DNA of 64,000 nt, from the NCBI RefSeq assembly GCF_002105155.1, contig NW_019029009.1, positions 248,001 to 312,000 on the forward strand, written 5' to 3'. Within the stretch, counting starts at the first letter, position 1, and every line of letters begins with the position of its first letter. Made by a program: the position numbers and the translations under genes. The DNA is from Lobosporangium transversale. Its lineage: Eukaryota. Below the pieces are notes generated by a model. That model was given only the letters and a program-made list of their open reading frames with translations, did no database searches and was not told the DNA's origin. Positions 52,211-64,000 of the stretch are shown here, piece by piece.

Positions 52211-55200
52211 TTAGCGAGAGGAAGAGGTTTGTCCAAGTTCATGGCGCACGTCCTTCAGCTTTGTAAAGAGCTCCAGGATTTCGGCTCTGATTGACTCTTT
52301 CTGAGCTTGCAGGAGACCCGATTCATCTACGGATAGATTGTTTGCCTGCTCTCTCTCCTCATCGTGCTGTTGAGGGAACTGTGCCTGTCCTAGATGCTCT
52401 TGGTGCTCTTGATGTCTTTGATAATCTGATGACTGCTGCTCAGGCTCTGGCTGCTCATCATGCGAGCAGCGATCCATGGAGATCAGTGGAGAGGATGAAG
52501 TGATAGTATGAAGTGGCTCTTTTCCAACGACAGGACTAGAAATAGGAGACAACAACTCTTGACCTTGAGCTTTCGCATAGTCCTCCTGGCTGATCCAAGT
52601 TGGCGGTTGCTGATAGTGTGGATCGACATATTGGTCACGTTGCTGTGGTTGCAGTTGCGGTTGTGGTAGTGGCTGGGGTTCTTGAGGGTGACCATGATGA
52701 TGAGGAGAACGATAGCGATAGCATCGGTGATGACGTAGTCCGTGTGGTGGACAAAAGAATGGTGAATAATAATACTTCTGGGGATTCATGGACATGGACG
52801 GATGCTGAGGACGCAAGGAGTGCTGCGACTTTGAAGAAGGATGTCGATAGTGCCTCCTTGGCCTTGGATGACGATGATATTGGATCGGCAACAAATCGTG
52901 TCTCTGCTGCATCAACTCGACCATAGATGATACTGTTACGAACAGATGCCATACATTTAACGCTGTCACAGCCATGCCAAAGACCACGAACCCAAATATG
53001 ATCCTTGAAAAAATACGCGCTCGATGATCTTGATGTTGGTCATCATCCGGGACCTTAAACTTGAAACGTGATTGCTGTTGTACTTGCTCTAGTTTTAGTT
53101 TTTGCTGAACAAGTATTTGTTGTTGTTGCTGTTGTTGCTGTTGTTGCTGTTGTCGTTGATAATGCTTATGATGTTGGTCACGAAGAGAGGGGGCAGATGC
53201 AAAGGATCTGATAGATGAGTGAGAAGCCAAGATCGATCGACCCGCAACCGCAGCGTGGCCTGCGCCTGTGCCCTCAGGCGACTTTGGGAACGACTTCCGT
53301 GTTCTGGTAGGCAATGCAAATTTGACACGGGTACCACTGTCACTCTGTTCCTCAGCTGCACGAATCCGTGCCAAGGACTCTTCAGATGCAAACACGGCCC
53401 GTTGTGAACCTTGCCTTGACAGCGATGAGAATGGGCTTGGATCCATATTCATACGGTTGTCCTCAGTCTGCTCACTAGATCTGCCACCAAATAGTCCTAG
53501 TCTCTTGCGCACAAAATCTCCCCAAGGGAGTGGAGTTGTCGGCGTACTGGGCATTGATGATAAAGATTCCGCTGCAGCGGCGCTTTCTCCTTTAGTCGGA
53601 GTGCTAGGTAAAGAAGTCCCAAATAACAACGACAATGGTGAAGAAGCTGCAGAGCCTTTTGCATCACTATAAGTCAATGCGGCCCCTGCTGCCGCCGAGA
53701 TGAGTGGGAGTCCAGGAGCTGTCAATGATCCGAGAAATAAAGCGAGAGTAGATTTTTTTTCCGAAGGCAGCAATGGCGTCAGCTGATCCTTAACACTTGC
53801 AGAGACAGACTCTGGTTGTGGTCGTGCAGAATCCAAGGACAACTGAACAGGCGTCTTGGTGCTTGATGATATCGCTGTTGCTGTAATTGACGACGTCTGT
53901 GAAGTTGCTATAGTATGGGAGGTCTGCTGAGATAGCAATGACTGAGCGTGATTCATCCTTGTAGGCTCGACAGGTAATGATGATACTACTGCTGCCGCTG
54001 CAGGGGGCTTTGGAGCTTCTGTTGAAGCAAAGTTAACTTCCCCGTTACTCAAGCTGGTAATAGTAGTGACGAGTAAGGAATCGTTTGGTATATTGTTGGT
54101 GACAACCATTGGGGCTCTAGGGACAGTGGCGGATTTTTTGCCCGCTTTTCTCTTGCGTGCTTCAAAGAACTTCACAAGTTGTTCACCCTGAACCTCAGCT
54201 AGGTCTTGAAGTTGCCTGATGAGTTCTTTGTAGAACCCACCGGACCCTTCTAGTGCGCTGGCTTCGACTCTGGTGCTCCACATGATTGACTTCTTAAACT
54301 TGACTTCTGTAAAGCATTTGATCCTGGTTTTCTCAGGAGCTTCCCAGGTCATACAGATTTGATTGACAGTGGAGAAATGCTCGCCATATGGAACATTAGG
54401 TGTCCGAGATTCGGAATGGACTAGGATCAAAAAGTCACTGAAATGAGTCACTTGCTGGGTCTCGAAGCAAGCTGTGGATGTCTTGGCCACTACAAAAGAC
54501 GTTAAAAGAAATAAAATAAAAATAAGCTGTTATTACAATACAATAAATGATATGAATGTGGTATACATGGTATAAAATAATAATACAATGGACGTACACA
54601 TTGGTACTTTAAAGGACACAGAGTACTCCAGGTTACGCTTCTGACCATCCCATTCTACTGCAGATTCTGCCCTCTTCTTCTTGTCGCTTTTGTTGTCATT
54701 TGGCTGTTCATAGCGTTCCCAGGCCATAATCTTGATATCTGTAGATCCATCCTTAATACGATGCGTATCGCAATTCAATTTATCTCCTTGACCTGCCCCC
54801 TTTCCGGAGAACAGGATCTCAAAGCATAGCTCCAAAGGTAAAGGGACCACTGTAGAGACGACAGCATTCTTGTAATGTCGTTGACAGCTACATGACACTG
54901 GACCAGATGGAGATGGAGATGGTGACGGTGACGACGATAGTGGTAGTGACGATGCCAGAGCAAGTTTGGATACTACTTCTGATATTGGATCCGTAGGGTC
55001 CGCAGTATCACCAATTTTGGTGGCGTTTCCTGACATTTCCAAACGAGCATCTCTACTTCCCTTTCGAGTATGTACAGCGACCCTACTTTGTCCATCGTTG
55101 GGGCTGGGTTGCACCGCTGCGTGCGCTGTCGAGGACGAATGGGAGATCTTGGTTGTAGTCAGCGAAGGTGATAGTAGCACAGGTGGTGGTGTACCTGAGC

Positions 55201-57958
55201 GAGCACCGTCACTACGGATAGGATTCGACGATTGAGAAGCTTGTTTAGGAATAGTTGATGATGATAGATTAAAAGTATTGCTGTATTGATGGTGGCGGCG
55301 TTGTTGCTGTTGGTCCTGTTGTATGATAACCTCCTGATTATACTCCATTGTCCCCTCTGACCTCTTATGGCCACTTTTGGGCTGACTAGAGCGCTTTTGT
55401 AAGAATCCTCTGAACCCAGTAGATTCTTGTTTATCAGATGAAGCAGCACTGGCAACAGATCCTCTTCGGCTTTCAGATGACGATAATGATGATGATAATG
55501 AAAACGAAAAGCTTTCTTTCAATGGCGATGAGACCATGCTATTATAACTATTATCATAATCCAATCCAGGACTATTCCAAACCTCGCTCAACTCCTGTGC
55601 CAACGCTGGCGGCGTTGGTAATGGCGTTGGTAATGGCACTATTGGGGTAGAAGGACGAAGCCGTGACAAAGACAGCCGTTTATGAGGGGCGAGTTGGTCC
55701 ATATTTTCAGAACTGGAAGAAAAGGCCTCATCCGTGATGACAGAATACGTTCTAGGCGTCCTGCGCTTCTCTCTCAACTTTTCTACTCCTGTCCGTAGAC
55801 GTACTTCTTTTTTCGATTCAAACATACCAGTACCAGTATCAGTCGTATCTTTCTCCAGTACTGTTGTCGTCTCCTCCACCATCTGCGATGATTCATATTC
55901 TGTGCTACTGAGGGTTTGTATAACTTGACGATGGATAGCCCAATTACGTTCCATAATGGCATAAGCTTGCTCACGGCTCATGAGACTCGTGAACACATAA
56001 TCCTTAATGGACGAATCTCCCTCTGTATTAGTCATAGGATCCTGAGAAAATGTCGGTACTTCTGTTGTGGACAATGACGCGGTGGCTGTAAGAGGAGTCC
56101 TGACACGGATTCGAATGGAACTAGGGAAGACTCCCATCTTCTTTTCCTTATCAACAGAGATCAGGTCACGATAGTCGACCATGACGCGAACGGTCCTTCC
56201 AAAATGTTTACCATAGAAGCACACATGTGTCGCTGTCACATATAACGTTCCTTGCCATAGAATCTCGCGTTCTAATGCACAAGCAAAATCATCAAAATGA
56301 CGTGGACAAGATGACAGAGCCAAGGTAGATGGTGAGACTGTGGAAGAATAGTCTGAGGGTGTCGAAATTGCAGTGGCAAAGGAAGAAGAAGGTGGTGATG
56401 TCTGTGAAGGGGCTGCTAGACAAGGTGCACAATAGGCAGAAGGGACCACCACTAGATCCGCAAGTTCTGGAAAAGATTTGATAAATCTTCTCTGTGCCTT
56501 TGTTAAGCCTGTACGAAGTCCAGCTGAAGAAGAAGCCGTAGCCGAGGTGACAGAGTACTCAGACTGAGGTCGCCATGGAAGGCCTAGTGTGAATGCTGGT
56601 CGACGATCAGAGCGAGAGCGAGGTACAGGTACAGGTATAGGTGTTGATTGGAGAATCGTTACAGATTCGGGAAAATCGACACTACTAATACTGCGGTCGT
56701 GTACGCCCATGGTAGGCCTCTTTTCTGGAGATATATCAACTAGGCTAGTCGTGCCTTGACTATTGTTGCTGCTGACTTTTTTTTTTAAGGAATAAAGAAA
56801 GGAAGGGATGAAAAAGGATTGTAACATTTTAAAATTTTGGCCATGAGAAGAGTCGAAAAAAAAAAAACCTATTTCACACAGCACACGAGTCCGTTCATAT
56901 TTTTTCTGCCCAATGCCCTTTCCTATGTTGTTGTTGTTCTTTGAGCCATTAATAGGAGGGCTCAAAGAAAGAAAGTAAGGGTCGTAAATTGCAAAAAAGG
57001 GCTCGCAATGATTTCTTTTACCTTCTTTTCGTTTAGAGAATGTGGTTTCTGAACTGCTTCTACCTTCGGAAACAGGTTTGTTCAGCTCGGCACTTCGGCG
57101 TCGAATCAAGTTTTTGATTGAATTTTTGCCAATACCAATGGCGGTGGTAGCAGTTGAAGGAGGAGTAGGAGGAGGAGTCCTACTCCTAGATCCAGATGAA
57201 TCACTACTAGGAGTAGGGCTTGGTGAAGCTGATTCTCGATTACTATCGTCACGATTACTATTATTATTATTGCTGTTACTGCTACTATTACTCTTATTAT
57301 CACTTTCAACAGGTGATGGTGATCGTGTAAAGCCTTTAGACTTTATGCGATCCCGACTTGTCCCTGTTGAACTTGAACTCGTGGTTGTTGGATTAGATCG
57401 CTTCCTTAAGAATCCAAACACACGCTGTGCAGGCTTGATATTGTTGCTGTTTGTCCCATTCACATCAATAACTGGACTCGGACTTTGTGTACGAGTCTGT
57501 CCCGTCGAAAAAAGGGGGAGGAGAAAAGGAGACAGCAAAACAGAACAACGAAGAACAATAACGAGTTGAAGTTGATTAATGTTTGAAGATTGCGTAGTTG
57601 GATCAGCGAACAGAAGAGAGTGGCGTATTTGGATTAGCAACGTGTAAAAAAAAAATACGGGAGGACCATTTCGGAAAAGAGATATCCCTTTTTTTTTTCT
57701 CTAGCCCTTTTCTTCTCCAGCTCAAGAATGCGATAATGTAATCAATATCCACTATTCTTCAATCATAATAAAATATATTCAGGTATTCAGGCTTGAAGCT
57801 TTAATAGGGGTGGGGTGTTGTTCGGCAGGATAATAGGGCAATTATTTGATGCAAGAGATCTTTATCCACCACGGAGCATAGGAGGGGAGAGGGAGGAAAC
57901 AAAAAGGTGCATGTGCATATGCATACATGATTATACTTACTGGCTCTGAAGGCTCCAT
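52211..57958 (-). CDS. GRAM plus VASt (StART-like) sterol transfer protein, Lam/Ltc/GRAMD1 family
   Basis: GRAM domain DFACALEREILWQGTLYVTATHVCFY...YVFTSLMSREQAY; VASt-like region SRTPNVPYGEHFS..EVKFKKS; C-terminal TM segment and coiled coil. Short first exon MEPSEP inferred from a GTAAGT donor near 57940. Confidence 0.85.
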
Positions 57959-59331
57959 TATGTCTCCAAAAAGATTACTTTCACTACTTTTTGTTGCAGC
58001 AGTAAAGATTGGCGACCAAGTCAACCCCTCTCTTTCCCTTAGCTATGGGGATGTTGAGGCAATTGAATCAAGGCGACTAGACTAATATTAACGAAGTGAA
58101 TGGTTGCTGATGTTAGCCAATCTCGATGTTGGATTGGTCTGAAACAAGGGAAAAGAATTGGCTTAAAGTCTTAATGTTGTACACCAAAGTAAAGAACAGT
58201 GGAAAGGGAATACATGGGACTGTGCGGCAAAAAAAAAAAAAAAAAAAAAAAAAAAGATCAGGAACAAGATGAATTTAAATGAATGAGTTTGAGGAATGAA
58301 GTATACGCCCCGGGTTGGAATGACCTTAGTGGAAATAAAGTAGAGAGAGAAGAATTGATTAAAGTCGTGTGGAAATATTAAAGAAGTTGCGTCCTGCTAT
58401 TAAGCTGTGTCGTGTTGCGTAAAATTGATTTAAAGAAGGTTGAAATGAGAAATGTGACAAGGAATGGGATGGGCTAAGCTCCAGAAAATGATGTGGTACG
58501 ATACATAAAAAGAAAAGAGAGAGATGGAGAAAGGATAAGGGAAAGGGTGTAATGCGGTTGAAATGTATGAATTCTTGTTCAAGACAGATTGAGCTGCAAG
58601 GTCAATGATAATAAAAAAAAAGGGTGTATGGCCTGATTGAGGGTTCATGCTAGAGATAAATAGGGTCTATCAAAGAAAGTTGAGCCTGGACAAAGCAGCC
58701 AGAGAATGGAATGAGACGATGTCGAATTCGCATTCAAATGAGCAAGAAAAAAAAAAAAAAAAAAAAAGACAGAAAGACAGAAAGACAGAAAGACAGAAAG
58801 ACAAAGAGAGAGAAGTAAAGATAGGATGAGATGGAGGACGAGATAAAATGAGCAGAACCATCGGACAACATGATACTCCTCGAAAGGTACATCACATAAT
58901 ATGAACATGATTGTCCCCAAGTCTAAAACTAAAAATGCATTGCAAAAAAGACCTCATCCATTTCGCCCGTCCATTTCGCCCGTCCATTTGGCTAGACCTT
59001 TTTTTTTTCAAGGCATTTATTTGTTTTGCAATGCCCGAGTATTGGTTTGTTCACAGACTCCTTTTTCCCACTTTACTGTTGTGTTACAAACAGGTTTAGA
59101 GTATGGACACTGCAATGTTCAGCAAATTTACTGTTGACAAAATTGTTTTGGCATTCGCACACACAAAAAAATAAATAAAAATGCATCCATCAGGCGAGCG
59201 AAGTGAGCAATTCTTCACTTGAATTTGGATTGGGCGAGCTCAATGGTGGACAATGGCATGATCACTCAGTAAGCCAAGCTGCATCTGCAACCTTACTTTG
59301 TTTAACCTTTTGTTTCTGCCAAAAAGCCGAC

Positions 59332-59362
<31 letters not shown>

Positions 59363-59712
59363 CTGTTTACTGTGTCTGATATTAGAATCAGCAGATAAAA
59401 CATACGACACACAAAATGTCCACCTGTGTTGTAGCCTGGAGCGCAGAAAATGGCACGCACAGTAAACTACTCATCGCTTGGTCGACGAAGGAAATATAGC
59501 AGTATATACATTCATAATCGTATCCGAAGGTATCACTTGCACAGCCCATGTCAGGATAGGTATGGACGCCTGTAGTTATTTTACTTGACTACGTATTATA
59601 TTACTCAGGCGCGGAAAGTAATCCTTCCTCACCCCCATCCCCCTTTAAAATATCAACAAAAGGACGGTAAAAATGTAGTACTTTACAACATCAATAACAA
59701 TAACAGCGATGT

Positions 59713-59764
<52 letters not shown>

Positions 59765-60101
59765 GGGAGATCTTCGCTCTCATACATTGTAGACTACACT
59801 ATATCGCTAAACATTAAAAAGATGACCAATGTCTCCTGCCTTGAGTATATGAAAGAGCATTTCTTTCTGCGTAGAAGCACTCTTAAAACTAACCAATTCC
59901 ACATTTCCTTTATTATTCCCCAAGATGACATCAATGGTATGTGGATAAACGTTCTCTTATAGCTTGAATATGCGTGTATTCCAGCAAGGATTTGACCGCC
60001 AGACAGAATGCATCTTTGTTTTCTTCGCTTGAGTAGCTAGCATGCATGCATGCGGGAATAATAGGCAGCAATAGAGCATAGCCATGCCTTAACATGAAAA
60101 A

Positions 60102-60133
<32 letters not shown>

Positions 60134-60528
60134 AATGAAAGAAATAGCCTTGTGCCACGAGAGTGCTAGTTAGACTGCATCTTCGATTCCTTTTCTCCCT
60201 CCTCTCCGCAATGCTTACACAAGTATACGTGTATAGTTGTTGTTGATCGCTGATCACTTCAATCGTTCTGCCTACTTTATCCATTTATAAATATTCTGTC
60301 CTAAAACAAAAAATAGGAGACAACTCCCTCAATTTGATTGGCTGACGCGTGAGTGGCCTGAGAATCATTTTCCTAGGCAAACAAAAAAAGCAAAATATGG
60401 TCACGAGTATATTTTGAGCCGCCAGTGCCCTGCTATTTTAATTCGTGTTTATAGAAAGAGGCCCAAAGAAGTGCATGTTATTGTTGCTATAAATATATAA
60501 GATATATTATGATATTCGGGCATTGCCG

Positions 60529-60561
<33 letters not shown>

Positions 60562-62113
60562 CCTTGCAAGTATTATTGGCCTTTTTGAATAGGTCCTTCT
60601 TCCCCTCCTTGCAAGCTTGGCGGCTGTGAAAGATCTTTCAAGAATTTTCGATTTATATGATCTTTGAAGCAAATGCAATGATGACATTTGACAGGAATTG
60701 AAAACATGTGGGCTATATCTTCTGATATTGTCACCTCCATCATACTCTAGAATTTATTGAGAGAAGACTTTGTCTTTCTAGACAAAGGGAGGAGTTTTTT
60801 TATCAGTTACAGTAGTTTACTGTGCGCTGTTGTCTTCAGTAAGAGTCGATGGTTTCTCTTCAAATATTTCTAGATGAATGAAGTTAACATTCTAGTTACG
60901 AGATAATGGTCAAATTTGGTTGATATTCTATAATTATTAAATCATTGACTTCGGAGTTGACACTAAGTATACGTCAATGAATTGGATGCATAATAGTTAT
61001 GCATGAATTCTTCTAGTCACCATAAGCATTTTACTCGCCTCCGGTGTTAGTGAAGAGTATAAGTTTCCGACATGGTTCATCTGGAGTTGAAGGGACTGTT
61101 GGAGGGAAGCAGAATTCTACGCTCCATTGTAATGGAATAGCAACCAAGTGTTATGGATAAAGATAGGAGATAGATTCCAGTAGGGATGCAGACCGCTATT
61201 AGATTGAATGATTATGATATACGCTCTCACTACAGAGTGTATAGAATGCTCAGGGGATTGCTTCAGTAACTGCGACCAAAGTGGTGTAGGACTGCTGTAT
61301 GGAGGGGCTTCAAGCTTAGATAATAGCCATGTTTGTAGGGCTGTAACAAAGCTTAATGAAGGAGGGGTGATGATAGGAGACTGTGGTCTTTTATGTACAT
61401 GCAAGTGATTTGACTTGTCGGATATAACATTACATTATGACAGACCTATAGAACACAAAAGGGTCTGTGTGGAATGGACATGTTAGTTGAGCAAGGATCC
61501 GTTGCTTTTGATCACACTATTGCTGAATCTAGAAACAGATAAAAGAAAAGAGGAAGAGGGATCGTAGCATTCCATAGTCGGAAATAAAAAGACCCTTTTT
61601 TGTCTAAATACTTTTTATTTTGGTGCCTGCATGAGCACGTGCACAGAGTGTGTAAGATGAAACGCCCTTGCCCCTATTCGGGTGCTCAAATGAAATGCAA
61701 TGTTACACATGAACTACCAAAATGCTTATTCCTACGCGGAGAAATAGACACGCTGACATAGAAAAAAAGAAAACAAATTCTCAGCATTGGTTCCGCGAAT
61801 AAGATGAACACGCTGATGGAAATAACCCTAGTTTTTTGCTTTTTTTTTTTTTTTTTTTTTTGCTAATTATTATTCCATGATCAATAAAAGTTGTAATATA
61901 CTTATATAGTATAAGATGTATGTACCAATGTATTTACTTTATATAAACAGGGACCACCTTTTTCTTTTGTGAAAGATGGACAAACTCCCTGACCAATCCT
62001 GATTCTGTAAGATTTTTTGACGCTAGCGTAAATGACGCGCAATGTTATTGAAATGAGCTGGAAAACAAAGCCAAGGTAATCGGTTCTATTTGGTCTATAA
62101 TAGTATGATCAAT

Positions 62114-62148
<35 letters not shown>

Positions 62149-62957
62149 GATTCGTGTCTGTATATTCTCCGTGTCAAATAAACAAAAAAGAAAAAATAAT
62201 CATAAAAAGACTATCAACATTGATATCTCTGTATATCTGTATAATGATTGATAACAAAGAACTAGAAGCTTGAATGTAGAAAGAACTTCCATATTCTGCG
62301 ACGTTAAAGTTTCTTTCGGACGACAGATATTCCTTTTGCTCTCTTTGAAAAGGAAATAAAAAAACGTCGCTTATAGAAACTGAAGGGAAAAAAAAAAAGT
62401 TATATGTACTATTGCATGCAGCCATACGCCATGAATAATATTATTCATTAAAAATAAAATAACAAAGGTTTTTTGTACGCAACTAAATATTAAACATTAA
62501 ATCCTCTCCTCTCTAATGGTGTGTATAAATTTAAACCGTGGGCTCAGTCATCAGCGAATATCCACAATGTCGCACAACATTCTGCTTCATCCCTTCTGGT
62601 AGGTTTATCACAGCAGGGAGGAATTCGCTGAGTTGGGGATTGCTCTAGAAGCTTAGAAAAAAAAAAAAAAAAAAAAAAGGATGACACATTTTATAATCTG
62701 CTTTTGACTTTCTGTCTTTGTTCCATTGAGATTATCTTGTGAATGCTCGTGTTGTATATGTGCTCTACCAAAAATAAAAGGCAAGACGCTCGTCAAAAAC
62801 TTAACCAAAGCAGATTCAAAGATTGTGTGTATCCTTCTTGTGCATGTTTTAAGAATAGCATCCAGTGAGAAGAACGCGATGGAATGTAGAGGAAGATGGC
62901 GCTGACCAAGCAATGCGTCTATGAACGCCCAATTTTAAAAAGGATATGCGAGCCGGG

Positions 62958-62989
<32 letters not shown>

Positions 62990-64000
62990 AACGACGACAA
63001 GGGAAGATCTAATGGGCTAAAGTGCTTTCGGAGGATGAGCCCTGTTTGATGTGGTAAGGATATCTTTACTTGGCTGTAGCCATAGAAGAGAAATGAAATA
63101 TAATCAGATAGATCTTTGATGAGTACTGGAAGAAAGATCACAAAGAGTTCTTAAAAGGGCAATTGACCTCTCTCTCTCTCTTTTTTTTGAGGCATTACGT
63201 TGTGCAAGTTCAACAATTGTTGTGGTTGTGTCGAGTTGTAATTAGCAAAGGGCACAGAACAAAGGAACGAAAGGCGCTAGTAAACTAGTAAAGCCCCTCC
63301 TTTTGTGCTGGCTGGCTCACTGTTTTTTTTTTTTTTTTTTTTTACTGTTGCTGCCAATCTCATCTGTCTCAAAGTCTTCTAATGTTTACATTGTAGTTCA
63401 GTCAGGATGACAACAGCAAGGAAGGAAGCAGATGGCGATGGTCTAAAAGTAGGTCAGCATTTGTACTTTGTTGTTGCACCAAAAGTCATTTGAGAGAAAG
63501 TAATTACTGAACAATGAACACAAGGACACATGGGCGTGGAGCGCATTAAAGGAAGACATTTTGGCATTTGTCTGTGTGAAAAATATCTGTTTGGCAATGA
63601 ATCCATTGCATCTTCATCTCATCGTTTTTTATTATCCCTTACCTCTTCATCACCACATCTCATTAGGCAATGAATGATGTTCTGTAAGAAATAATGTGCA
63701 ATGGTGTGTCAAGTAACAAAAAAAAAAGGGTTCATTAGGTTCTCGCTCCTCTTTCTTTCTTTTTCCAATCTTTTTCTCTTTTTCTTTGTCTTTTATTTTT
63801 TTGATGCTCCTCTGTTTCTGCTCTGATTCTGGCTTTTTGCTCTTTCTCTTTCTGGCTGATTCTGTTCGTCTGTCTCTCCACGGCTCTCTTGCACGAGCAC
63901 CACATCCGCACTATCTCTTTCTCTATCTCCATCTCATACACCCCATACACACCCTCTTTTACTTTTTTGTCTTTTTTATTCTTTTTATTCTTTTTTATTT

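Noticed and set aside
54533..57640. 1035-aa ORF as one exon
   Set aside because: It reads through stop-free intron sequence (about 56777-57020 and upstream of 57497) with clear splice signals; it is part of the GRAM/VASt gene.
58000..64000. Numerous 60-125 aa ORFs rich in poly-K or poly-F
   Set aside because: These are translations of homopolymer and microsatellite tracts (e.g. GACAGAAA repeats near 58768-58800) with no coding signature.

Overview
Intron-rich fungal genomic DNA; gene style, long homopolymer tracts and element families suggest an early-diverging fungus such as Mortierellaceae (inference). Eleven conserved multi-exon genes are recognisable: RAE1/GLE2, stomatin-like SLP-2, MED14, a C1-domain peroxin-like protein, a PAP2 lipid phosphatase, an M28 membrane peptidase, SEN1, TOR, an IME2/MAK-type kinase, DBP2 and a GRAM/VASt lipid-transfer protein. 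There is also one tRNA-Gly(GCC). Two accessory regions stand out. (1) At 4.3-5.8 kb lies a broken, intron-containing Fanzor/TnpB-like RNA-guided nuclease gene with all three RuvC catalytic motifs and a zinc finger still readable, followed by a hairpin cluster where an omegaRNA would be expected. (2) At 13.6-20.1 kb is a mobile-element island around the tRNA: a head-to-tail, nested stack of RNase H-bearing non-LTR retrotransposon copies whose 3' ends share a co-varying stem-loop, at which tiny copies truncate, plus a TIR element fused to the tRNA 3' end. Also notable are four GC-AG introns and a hairpin-dense 1.3 kb DBP2 intron. The last 6 kb is gene-poor. All exon boundaries and alignments were read by eye.
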